Made by a program: the position numbers and the translations under genes
Notes under the pieces: generated by a model
What the model was told of the DNA's origin: nothing
What the model saw: only the letters and a program-made list of their open reading frames with translations
Databases searched by the model: none
Shown here: piece by piece, positions 30,403-38,548 of the stretch
Numbering within the stretch: position 1 is the stretch's first letter
Layout: every line of letters starts with the position of its first letter
From: a virus
IMG/VR virus record: IMGVR_UViG_3300044675_001548
Span: 1-64,000 of that record
DNA length: 64,000 nt
Direction: 5' to 3' (one strand)

Positions 30403-31229
30403 TTCTTTTTAATTGGATTATCTTTCATATAGTGAATAATAGCCTGTACTTCATCTACTAGATAAGGTACTGCAATTGCTTTTACTTCTTTTATTACAGG
30501 GTCTCCATTCTCATCTTTCTTAGTTACAGGATACCCCCAATTATCTTCAGCCTCTACCTCAAACATAACATGGTGTATAAATATTCTTCCTGGTTTTAGT
30601 TTAGGATTATGCTTCAATATAATATACATATAAATACTCAATTGTAAAGCATAATGATAGAAATGACAGTCATCTAAGTTATCTACTGGTGGTAGCATTT
30701 TATCCGGCATACCCTCCCAGTTTACATAAGACTCCATATCTATCTTCTTATTAGTCTTGTAGTCAGTGATATTTACTTTACCATTGACTACTTCAACTAA
30801 ATCTGATTGGCCACATAAGCCTGCTGACTTAAGATAGACCATATGTTCTGGATACACGCCTGGTTCTAATTTTTGATTAGGTGCTACTCTTATACCATTA
30901 TTCTCACCAGATGGTTTAAATACAGGTATAGTAACTCCTTCTCTTTCTAATGAAGCTAAGGAACATATATCATCTTCTCTTTGGTTATGATACCATGTAC
31001 CTAGAGTAGTAGATCTGTCTGCTTCATTAATCCATATCTGCTGTATTAATACAGGATCAATACCAAACCATTTTGACTTTTTACTCTTGGTAACTTTCTC
31101 TGCAGTCTTTTTTGCATCAAAAGGTTTTTTAAAAGCTGATACTACAGAAGTAACACTGGTCCAGTTTATGTTTTCTTCTGAGCTTAAGCTTTTATAGCTA
31201 TGATCTGCTGCATTAAATACTATACTCAT
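30399..31229 (-). CDS. PD-(D/E)XK (Cas4/RecB-like) exonuclease
   Basis: GQSDLV...ITDYKT...YALQLSIY motifs. Confidence 0.8.
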   Translation of the reverse strand: MSIVFNAADHSYKSLSSEENINWTSVTSVVSAFKKPFDAKKTAEKVTKSKKSKWFGIDPVLIQQIWINEADRSTTLGTWYHNQREDDICSLASLEREGVTIPVFKPSGENNGIRVAPNQKLEPGVYPEHMVYLKSAGLCGQSDLVEVVNGKVNITDYKTNKKIDMESYVNWEGMPDKMLPPVDNLDDCHFYHYALQLSIYMYIILKHNPKLKPGRIFIHHVMFEVEAEDNWGYPVTKKDENGDPVIKEVKAIAVPYLVDEVQAIIHYMKDNPIKKK

Positions 31230-31489
31230 TTCTTTAATTGTTCTATAGCAAGTATTGCTATGTTAAAATTATCTATGTCTTCTGACCTCAACATAGTTAT
31301 CAAACTTTTTGCTGTCTCAGAATCTACTTTACCTCTGCTCTCCATCCACTCTACAAAGCCTACAGAATTTTCTATAGACATGTAATGTGCAAGTTTATCA
31401 TTAGTATCTGTACTATACATAATGTTAGGACCTTGTGCAGCCATACCATCTGTTTGAAAATGTTCCCAGTTATGCATTTTCAGATTCAT
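31226..31489 (-). CDS. Hypothetical protein, 87 aa
   Basis: ORF overlapping both neighbours in the operon. Confidence 0.55.
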   Translation of the reverse strand: MNLKMHNWEHFQTDGMAAQGPNIMYSTDTNDKLAHYMSIENSVGFVEWMESRGKVDSETAKSLITMLRSEDIDNFNIAILAIEQLKK

Positions 31490-31781
31490 CTAAAGCATCT
31501 AACTCATCTTCCTTCTCTTCAGTAGTAAGTGCTTCCCATTTACCTAATGGACATGATGAGGATAAAGAACGGGTTTTAAAGTTAAGTGAGCATCCGCATT
31601 CATTACAGCAAGGAGCTGTGCCCTTTACAGCACACTTCTTTCCTTTGTGTTCACATTCATCACAGATACTGTATCTTAATCTAGCTATTTCCTCTACTGT
31701 CTCATCTCTGATAACTGAGTTAGTTATGCCTTCAATTATTTGGTTCCTGTTCTCCCAAATTAGTTTTAGTGTGTTTTTCAT
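31470..31781 (-). CDS. Zn-binding Cys-rich protein
   Basis: CDECE...C...CCNECGC.L..K......CPLGKW. Confidence 0.7.
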   Translation of the reverse strand: MKNTLKLIWENRNQIIEGITNSVIRDETVEEIARLRYSICDECEHKGKKCAVKGTAPCCNECGCSLNFKTRSLSSSCPLGKWEALTTEEKEDELDALDESENA

Positions 31782-32145
31782 CTTTTTCTTTTTTAAAAGT
31801 TTCTCTTCTTTGTTCTTCTAACAGAATCTTCTGTTCTAATACAATAAGCAAGTCAAGCTTTGACTCAATTCTTTTTTTATTAAAGTATGCTCCAAAAGTG
31901 GATGTGTCATGGTTTTCTAAAGACTTTTTAAATCTTGGTATAGACTTTTTTACTGTAGAGCCTTTTGCTATAAACTGACCTAAACCATCTATGTTTATTC
32001 TTGGATGCTCTAAGTTTGCCACACATTCTCTAATTCTTTTGTAGTAAAAGTCTATAAAATTTTCAACTAGTATCTGATCTACATCAAGATCTTCAGCTAC
32101 ATGTTTATATAAACTAGATGCTTTCTTGGGTATCATTCTGACCAA
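31732..32145 (-). CDS. HU/IHF-like DNA-binding protein
   Basis: LYKHVAEDLDVDQILVENFIDFYYKRIRECV...INIDGLGQF is a clear HU fold pattern. Confidence 0.7.
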   Translation of the reverse strand: MVRMIPKKASSLYKHVAEDLDVDQILVENFIDFYYKRIRECVANLEHPRINIDGLGQFIAKGSTVKKSIPRFKKSLENHDTSTFGAYFNKKRIESKLDLLIVLEQKILLEEQRRETFKKEKDEKHTKTNLGEQEPNN

Positions 32146-32497
32146 AGAATTTGTAATCTAATAATATATTCCCATCTGTTTGTATCTTCAGATCTGGGTT
32201 TAAACTGATTATCTTTTTATTGTCTTTATCCTTTATTACTAAGCCATTTTTCTCAGCTTTATTAATACAGTTTCTGACAGTCTGTGGTGTTTTAAATATC
32301 CACTCCTCCTCAGAAGATGCATCATAGCAAAAGTTAGTTAGCTCAATTGGCTGGTTAAAGCTTAATAGTGTTAAACAGTTTAAATCAGATTCACTCATTG
32401 TTACACGGTTAATGTAACAATGAGTTAGTATCTGAAATTTAACAACATCCCATTTGGGCATTTTGACCCGCTTTTGTACTTGGTTTACAAGTGCCAT
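32114..32497 (-). CDS. Winged-helix (RepL/MarR-like) DNA-binding protein
   Basis: SESDLNCLTLL...TPQTVRNCINKAEKNGLVIK...ISLNP. Confidence 0.55.
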   Translation of the reverse strand: MALVNQVQKRVKMPKWDVVKFQILTHCYINRVTMSESDLNCLTLLSFNQPIELTNFCYDASSEEEWIFKTPQTVRNCINKAEKNGLVIKDKDNKKIISLNPDLKIQTDGNILLDYKFFGQNDTQESI

Positions 32498-32500
32498 GGT

Positions 32501-32806
32501 TTATTGTTTTTTAAGCTTTCTTTCTTTTGGCGTAGGTACTTCATCTTGAACAAGATCTTCTCTCTCATTTTCTTCTTCCTCAAATTCTTCATGGTTCTGA
32601 GGATTCATCATCATTGCCATTTGAACTTGGAACTGTGCTCTTCTAAATCTTACTTCATCTATCTCAGCAAGTTTCTTCTCATAATTAAGTTGAGCATCCA
32701 GATAGGGAATTGAGTCTTCATAAAACTTAAGCATGTCAGCTTTTTTTGCAGCTAATTCTTCTGCAGATAATTCCATTTCTGGTTCATGTTGGTTCATGTT
32801 TTCCAT
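32501..32806 (-). CDS. Hypothetical acidic coiled-coil protein, 101 aa
   Basis: ORF track. Confidence 0.7.
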   Translation of the reverse strand: MENMNQHEPEMELSAEELAAKKADMLKFYEDSIPYLDAQLNYEKKLAEIDEVRFRRAQFQVQMAMMMNPQNHEEFEEEENEREDLVQDEVPTPKERKLKKQ

Positions 32807-32869
32807 TGTATATATTTTATAAGTTTAGACAAATATACAATAAAAGTTTAAACAAGATATATTTAAAAC

Positions 32870-32899
32870 AAAAAATCCAGGCATACAAAGTACCTGGAT
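32870..32899 (-). terminator. Intrinsic terminator
   Basis: ATCCAGG-N11-CCTGGAT followed by a T tract. Confidence 0.7.
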
Positions 32900-32921
32900 T
32901 AGTATATCTAGTATATCTTAA

Positions 32922-33176
32922 TCATAGTCCTGGAACTCTTCTTCTTTTTATATACTTCTTCTGTCTAACTTTTCTTTTGCTTCCTCTACAACCCGGAGGA
33001 TCACCTGGTCCACCAGTACATTGACTTTCTGCAGATGCTGCATTAGGAGATTGCAAACCTGTTACTCCGCCAACCTCATAACTTTTCATTGACCTGATCA
33101 TTGGTGCAGGTCCTCCTTTTTGCATTGACTTACAGAATACTGTAGCATCTGTAACTCCTTTTAATCCATGTTTCAT
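32922..33176 (-). CDS. Small basic protein with MQKGG/YEVGG motifs
   Basis: Shares YEVGG...C.G...PP.C with the N-terminus of 19640..20803. Confidence 0.7.
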   Translation of the reverse strand: MKHGLKGVTDATVFCKSMQKGGPAPMIRSMKSYEVGGVTGLQSPNAASAESQCTGGPGDPPGCRGSKRKVRQKKYIKRRRVPGL

Positions 33177-33177
33177 A

Positions 33178-33336
33178 TTATCTATTTTTAATTGTAAAGT
33201 TTAAAACAGTAAGCAGGTAAAACTCTCTTGATATATCTATCTCTAGTGAGAATATGTCCAAACTAGATAATCTCAATCTTACCATCACTTTATCCCACTG
33301 CTTCTTTGAATTATTCCAGTTGTTTCTCAGTTTCAT
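33178..33336 (-). CDS. Hypothetical protein, 52 aa (not in ORF track)
   Basis: Hand translation MKLRNNWNNSKKQWDKVMVRLRLSSLDIFSLEIDISREFYLLTVLNFTIKNR fills the gap exactly. Confidence 0.6.
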   Translation of the reverse strand: MKLRNNWNNSKKQWDKVMVRLRLSSLDIFSLEIDISREFYLLTVLNFTIKNR

Positions 33337-33337
33337 A

Positions 33338-34216
33338 CTATAAGCTTAATAACATATCAATTAACTCTTGCTGCGGGAACATGTCCACTTTACCTCTTAA
33401 TACATTAGTGTGAGAGTACATTCCAGGTGTAGAATTAGCTTTAGCCAAATCTAACACATCAAATCCATCAGCACCTTTAGCTTTTACATACTCTACTAAA
33501 CCTACTCTAGGATCTATGTTATATTTCTCAGCTACAAATAGTATCCATTGTTTTAATGCAGTTATCTGAGCATCTGAATATCTGTGCCAGAACTGAAATC
33601 CACGGAATGGTTTAGCTAGCTTAACTATTTGATTAGGATCTGCTGGTGTACCAACATATGTTTTACCATTAACTATCTGACCCATACAACATACCTCAAT
33701 AGCTACAGAGTTTCTATGCATAACAGAGTTACCTGTACCTGTGTGCCACCCATATCCTCCTTCTGGAAAACACTGAATTAATTCACCGTCATACTTAGTA
33801 TCTCCATTTCTAACAGACTGTCCTCCTAATACAAATTCAGTGGCTACATTACCTCTGTCATCTCTTCCCCACATGTCAGCTACTTGATAAGGATTCTCCC
33901 ATCCTGCTGTGTGGTGTAAGAATATCCAATTCTTTGGAACAGGGCCAGCAAAATAAGTACCCGGAATCATGTAATGTTTCTTGATCTCTAATGCTTTTTC
34001 TACTTCTAGATTCTCTGCATTATCTGTATTAAGGATACCCATGTGTGCCCAAGTCTTAGTACCTACTATACCATCTGCTACCAGACCATTTTTCTTCTGG
34101 TAAGATTTTACTGCAGATTCTGTTTTAGGACCAAAGATTCCGTCAGCTGTAAGTTTTAAGAATTCTTGAAGAGTAACCACTGATGGTCCCTTGCTTCCTT
34201 TCTTTAAAACAGACAT
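33338..34216 (-). CDS. Endolysin: peptidoglycan-binding domain + amidase_2 N-acetylmuramoyl-L-alanine amidase
   Basis: LKKGSKG...ADGIFGPKTESAVKSYQ...DGIVG; IFLHHTAG, SVAIEVC, H...K.D.FP. Confidence 0.9.
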   Translation of the reverse strand: MSVLKKGSKGPSVVTLQEFLKLTADGIFGPKTESAVKSYQKKNGLVADGIVGTKTWAHMGILNTDNAENLEVEKALEIKKHYMIPGTYFAGPVPKNWIFLHHTAGWENPYQVADMWGRDDRGNVATEFVLGGQSVRNGDTKYDGELIQCFPEGGYGWHTGTGNSVMHRNSVAIEVCCMGQIVNGKTYVGTPADPNQIVKLAKPFRGFQFWHRYSDAQITALKQWILFVAEKYNIDPRVGLVEYVKAKGADGFDVLDLAKANSTPGMYSHTNVLRGKVDMFPQQELIDMLLSL

Positions 34217-34218
34217 TG

Positions 34219-34521
34219 TTACTTACGGTTAAATTTTTTACTCATCATGTGAGCAACCCATTTACCAACTCTTTGTAGTACTGGAGTCTCAGCTTCTACT
34301 TTAACTGTAGTGCCTTCATCTGTCTTAGTAACTTCTACATCTAATTTTCTAGAGTCTAGTACAAACTTCTTTTCTTCTTCATTAGCTTTTACTGTAACAT
34401 CTACTTTAGGTGTATCTACTACTACATCTAAGTTCTTGTCTTTTTTCTTAACACTTACTCTGGTTTTCTTTACCTTAACTTCAGCATTAATTTCCACTTG
34501 TGGTTTTACTTTCTTTGCCAT
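34219..34521 (-). CDS. Hypothetical protein, 100 aa
   Basis: ORF track; lysis cassette. Confidence 0.6.
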   Translation of the reverse strand: MAKKVKPQVEINAEVKVKKTRVSVKKKDKNLDVVVDTPKVDVTVKANEEEKKFVLDSRKLDVEVTKTDEGTTVKVEAETPVLQRVGKWVAHMMSKKFNRK

Positions 34522-34765
34522 TTTTCTTTTTTTTAGTTATTACTGTTTCTAAATCCTTGTAATCTTCTACTGTTAATTGGGATAAAGTAGCTGCTACTGT
34601 TCCTGCAGTTACTAAATATCCAGCCACTGTTACTACTGTAGCTGGTAATGTTATTGGAGCTGCTATTACTACACCTGCAGCTGCACCTAATGCTATTGCA
34701 ACCTTCTGTACATTCTTCCAAAACTTAGGTGTTTTAGCATTCCATCTTTTTTTTATATCAGTCAT
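34487..34765 (-). CDS. Holin-like membrane protein
   Basis: Two hydrophobic segments after TPKFWKNVQK; next to the endolysin. Confidence 0.55.
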   Translation of the reverse strand: MTDIKKRWNAKTPKFWKNVQKVAIALGAAAGVVIAAPITLPATVVTVAGYLVTAGTVAATLSQLTVEDYKDLETVITKKKKNGKESKTTSGN

Positions 34766-35033
34766 GTCTATTGTTTACTATGAATAATTTTACTGCATCT
34801 GATAATTCACTTACATTCTTTGCTAAGTTTTTAATTTCAAGCTGTGTAAGTTCTTGTAGTGCTTGATATTTTATTTGACTTTCTTGCTGTACCAATTCTA
34901 TTTTACCTTTTAACTTACCTTGTTCTTCTGTATTTTTTCTAACATCAGAGTGTATCATTTTTAAAAAGTATCCAAATATAGCAAAAATTGAACTAGCTAC
35001 AAAAAGGATGAGTGTCATTAACCAAGTTTCCAT
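34758..35033 (-). CDS. Membrane-anchored coiled-coil protein (holin/antiholin-like)
   Basis: N-terminal transmembrane helix plus heptad repeats. Confidence 0.5.
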   Translation of the reverse strand: METWLMTLILFVASSIFAIFGYFLKMIHSDVRKNTEEQGKLKGKIELVQQESQIKYQALQELTQLEIKNLAKNVSELSDAVKLFIVNNRHD

Positions 35034-35113
35034 TGTTGTTATGTTATAAATATATATTTATAATATACAAAAAATTATTAAACTGACCAAGCAAAATAAG
35101 TAAAAATACTTAG

Positions 35114-35347
35114 TTAAACTTCATATTGAGGTAACTGTACATTGTTAACCCAGTCAATGATATCTTGATCATTCCAATCTTCAGTATAAGTATAACCAGA
35201 AAAGGTTACACCAAATACAGTAGATGGTGTGGTTAATAATACATCAGTACTACATACTTTATCTATAATGTTATCTAATACAGTTGTTACTGTTACTGTA
35301 GGATCAATTATCTCTACGTTGAATTGAGGGAATTTATAAGTTGCCAT
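35114..35347 (-). CDS. Hypothetical protein, 77 aa
   Basis: ORF track. Confidence 0.65.
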   Translation of the reverse strand: MATYKFPQFNVEIIDPTVTVTTVLDNIIDKVCSTDVLLTTPSTVFGVTFSGYTYTEDWNDQDIIDWVNNVQLPQYEV

Positions 35348-35350
35348 AAT

Positions 35351-35959
35351 TTATGATAATGTTGTTCCTGTTACGGTGAAAGTTCTTACTGGAAAATAAG
35401 TAAAAGCTACTGATGTTGTTTTAGCTACTACACTCATTAGACCTATATTATTTAAAACATACGCTTGTGTTGTTGCATTTAATACTGTATTGGAAGTCCA
35501 ATAAACTCTTCCTGATGAAGATAAATTTAAGGGTGAATAGTTTAACAAATTATTTTGGTCATTAGCAAAATTAAGCAAGTTAAAAATCTCTTTTATATTT
35601 GCTAACCTCCATCCGCTTGTGAAAGTTCCAACTGAATAAGAAAGTGAATTATCAACAGCTTGATTCCAAGTATTACCCGTTGCAATTGCAACTCTTGAAA
35701 TACCCAACACAGTTGAACCATCATAAGTACTCCAATCAATTACAATGTCATTTGTATATGTCTGACCTCCAAGCTCATCAGTAAATCTGTTGGTGTTTCC
35801 AAATGGATTGTTACTTGCTAATATTTTAAATGATGTTGCTCTTCCAGCCTCAAGATCTCCATCATCTCCAGTTCTGAATGATGTTGTCTGACCTGTTTTC
35901 ATCAATGTAGCTCCCACAGGAGGGTCAGATACTGGTTTTATTTCTATTCTTGTGCTCAT
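35351..35959 (-). CDS. DUF1566/Lcl C-terminal (C-type-lectin-fold) protein
   Basis: TWNQAVD...GWRLANIKEI...YWTS...VRTF pattern. Confidence 0.7.
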   Translation of the reverse strand: MSTRIEIKPVSDPPVGATLMKTGQTTSFRTGDDGDLEAGRATSFKILASNNPFGNTNRFTDELGGQTYTNDIVIDWSTYDGSTVLGISRVAIATGNTWNQAVDNSLSYSVGTFTSGWRLANIKEIFNLLNFANDQNNLLNYSPLNLSSSGRVYWTSNTVLNATTQAYVLNNIGLMSVVAKTTSVAFTYFPVRTFTVTGTTLS

Positions 35960-35960
35960 A

Positions 35961-37199
35961 TTATCTACTTATTTCTTCCCAGTCCATTGATGCAAATGCA
36001 GTTTCAGTATTTGTACCTGCAGTTAAAATTAGACTAAACTCATAAGCTGTTCCTGTTAGGCCATCTCTTTCTAGTTGGGTTGCAAGTAAAGCTGCTCTTA
36101 ATATATCAACAGATACACTTGTACTTGCTGTAGCTGTAAAATATCCTGATGCTATAGTTCTACCTCCTGCAAACGAAGTGCCTGTTAAGTTATATTCTAC
36201 AGAAGAGTTTGCTCCTGCACTTACCCAAGATCCACCTGTAGTAGTTCCTGCTGCTACAACTTGCCAATTATAATTAGCTGATGTATTTCCTATAATAGAA
36301 ATAGCCGTAGCAACAACTATGCCGTCTAGTCTTGTAGATTTTAGTCTTATGGAAACCATTGGGTAAAGTGTTCCAGCAGTTGCTAATGCTCTAGCACTTG
36401 TTATAGGAGTACCAACTGCTTGTTGTAGACCACGTAACTCATAACCTCCTTCAGAGATAACTGTAGAGCAGACTTGTTTTAAAACAGAAGAACCGCTAGT
36501 ACCAGCTGTGTTAAATATCTCATACCGTATTGGTAGGGAAGCAGTTGTAATATAAGTACTAGTAATTAAGTTAGCATGGTGGAAAGTGTGACAAATAATA
36601 TACTGTCCATTAATTATAAATCCCACACGAACAGAACCTACACCTAGCCATTCAAAGTCAGAAAATAGAATCTGAGCTTTAGTTAAATCTAAAGTAAGTC
36701 CTGAAGCACCAGTACCATCTAGTTTATCTCCATTCCAGTTAGCTTGTAATACAGGAGTATTAATAACAGAACCTGTTACAGAAGACCTTTCTACAAATTG
36801 AACTGTGGTCCCTACTTGTTCTAAGTAGTAACCATTACCAACTCCATAGTACCCAACACGCTGAGTAAGTCCTGCTTTAGCAGAAGACATTACAAATGTA
36901 TTAAGTACTAAAAGAGATTTACCAGGCTGATAAGAAAAAACTTTAATTGTCTCTCTTACTACTGAGGAACCAGAGGCTGCTGTAACAGTTAAATCTACAA
37001 GTCCTTGAGCACTATTAAATACCGCTGTACCACTTGTAGCGGTAGCTGTAGACCAAAGTCCATTATCATCAAATCTGTGGCTGGAGTCAAATAGTGTTAA
37101 AGGTTGAGACACTCTTAATCTACCAAAAGCATCAGCAAGCATTGGCTGATTAGCCAATATTGATTGGTTAGATCCAGAAGTATTTATAACTATACCCAT
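35961..37199 (-). CDS. Virion protein with concanavalin-like beta fold, 412 aa
   Basis: DAFGRLRVSQPLTLFD and DFEWLGVGSVRVGF motifs; S/T/G-rich. Confidence 0.55.
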   Translation of the reverse strand: MGIVINTSGSNQSILANQPMLADAFGRLRVSQPLTLFDSSHRFDDNGLWSTATATSGTAVFNSAQGLVDLTVTAASGSSVVRETIKVFSYQPGKSLLVLNTFVMSSAKAGLTQRVGYYGVGNGYYLEQVGTTVQFVERSSVTGSVINTPVLQANWNGDKLDGTGASGLTLDLTKAQILFSDFEWLGVGSVRVGFIINGQYIICHTFHHANLITSTYITTASLPIRYEIFNTAGTSGSSVLKQVCSTVISEGGYELRGLQQAVGTPITSARALATAGTLYPMVSIRLKSTRLDGIVVATAISIIGNTSANYNWQVVAAGTTTGGSWVSAGANSSVEYNLTGTSFAGGRTIASGYFTATASTSVSVDILRAALLATQLERDGLTGTAYEFSLILTAGTNTETAFASMDWEEISR

Positions 37200-37657
37200 T
37201 ATATATAATTTACAGCAACTAATAAAGAAGAGCCAGCATTAGTAGTAGTATCCCAGGTTATAAGTGCCCCATCATAATAATTCATAACTCCTCCAGCATC
37301 TAAATTTAATGTTTCTCCTGGTTTTAGTATTAAATAAAGAGTTCCTCCATCAAATGATATTCTAGCATCAGCGGTTCCAACACTAGCAAAAGAAATAGAA
37401 AATATGGTATTGCTAAATGAAGTAGCATTGTCATCAGCAGCAGTAAATCTTTTAGCTGCTGTATTAATTAGAACATTTGCTTGTTCATTAGATAATACAG
37501 TAGAAACTGAGTTATCATTATTTTGTTGACCTAATGGAGCTTTAATAGCAACATTAAATGTTGAACTAATTATACTCTGAAGTCCTTGTAGAACTTTCCA
37601 CTGGAATGGTAAGTTATTACCTTGGTTTCCGGTGTCTTTTAAATTTCCTATTGACAT
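37199..37657 (-). CDS. Hypothetical virion-associated protein, 152 aa
   Basis: ORF track. Confidence 0.65.
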   Translation of the reverse strand: MSIGNLKDTGNQGNNLPFQWKVLQGLQSIISSTFNVAIKAPLGQQNNDNSVSTVLSNEQANVLINTAAKRFTAADDNATSFSNTIFSISFASVGTADARISFDGGTLYLILKPGETLNLDAGGVMNYYDGALITWDTTTNAGSSLLVAVNYI

Positions 37658-37720
37658 AGTTATAATTTTAATAAATTTTTATTCCTGTATATGATATGAA
37701 GTTTAGTATATCTACAGTAA

Positions 37721-38524
37721 TTAGAAATTATAAAGTTCATAATATAAGTAGAAACGGCCCCCAAATTGATTAGCATAAGTAGTGTTATCCACTGTAATAG
37801 ATAAATCATCTACACCACTAGCACCACCTATGTTTGCACCATCAATAACAAAAGTGTCTCCATTTACATAACCTGTTCCACTATTCACTAGAACAACTGA
37901 ATTAATTACTCCAGCTCCATCACGTGTTACTGTAAATGTAGCATTACCAACTGATACCCCAACATTTGAATAGGTTTGTCCAGCCTCTGCTAAGATTGTT
38001 GTTCCTGTACCTGGTGTAAAAGAAGTTATTGCACCAGTCAAAGTTGGATTTGCATTAAAGATAGCATAATCCGCTCCTGTTGGTGCAAAGCCTGTTGCAA
38101 TAACATAAGGAATAAAAGAATCAGATATTGCAGGACTGTAGTATACAGAAAACTGCATATATACATTATCTGGATTTGTAAAATCCATTTCTGCATTATT
38201 AATACTAAGCGGAACGGCAGTAGCAAATGCTGGTTGTGGATCAACTTCAGGTGTTGCCATAATGATTTCAATAACCCCTCTTGAAGTAGTTACATCTACT
38301 ACAGGTACTAATACCGAGTTTAAATCAATAGTATAGTATCCAGTATTACCTATATTACCCGCCTGCACTGCATCTTTAAGAGGCATAGCATAAGTCTGAT
38401 ACTGATCATCTCTTCTATTAAACCCTACATTAGCACCTAATGCTACTAGGTCTGTGTTAGGATCTACAGCTTTAGTTTTAATCAGACCTGCTGTTTTTAA
38501 ATATAGCCAGTTTAAAATATCCAT
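37721..38524 (-). CDS. Fibre-like protein, 267 aa
   Basis: N-terminus (MDILN...VDP...RRDD.Y) paralogous to 38549..40174. Confidence 0.6.
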   Translation of the reverse strand: MDILNWLYLKTAGLIKTKAVDPNTDLVALGANVGFNRRDDQYQTYAMPLKDAVQAGNIGNTGYYTIDLNSVLVPVVDVTTSRGVIEIIMATPEVDPQPAFATAVPLSINNAEMDFTNPDNVYMQFSVYYSPAISDSFIPYVIATGFAPTGADYAIFNANPTLTGAITSFTPGTGTTILAEAGQTYSNVGVSVGNATFTVTRDGAGVINSVVLVNSGTGYVNGDTFVIDGANIGGASGVDDLSITVDNTTYANQFGGRFYLYYELYNF

Positions 38525-38548
38525 GGTATAAATTTAAAATATTATTAA

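Noticed and set aside
35351-35959. Complete diversity-generating retroelement
   Set aside because: No reverse transcriptase and no template repeat seen in this window.
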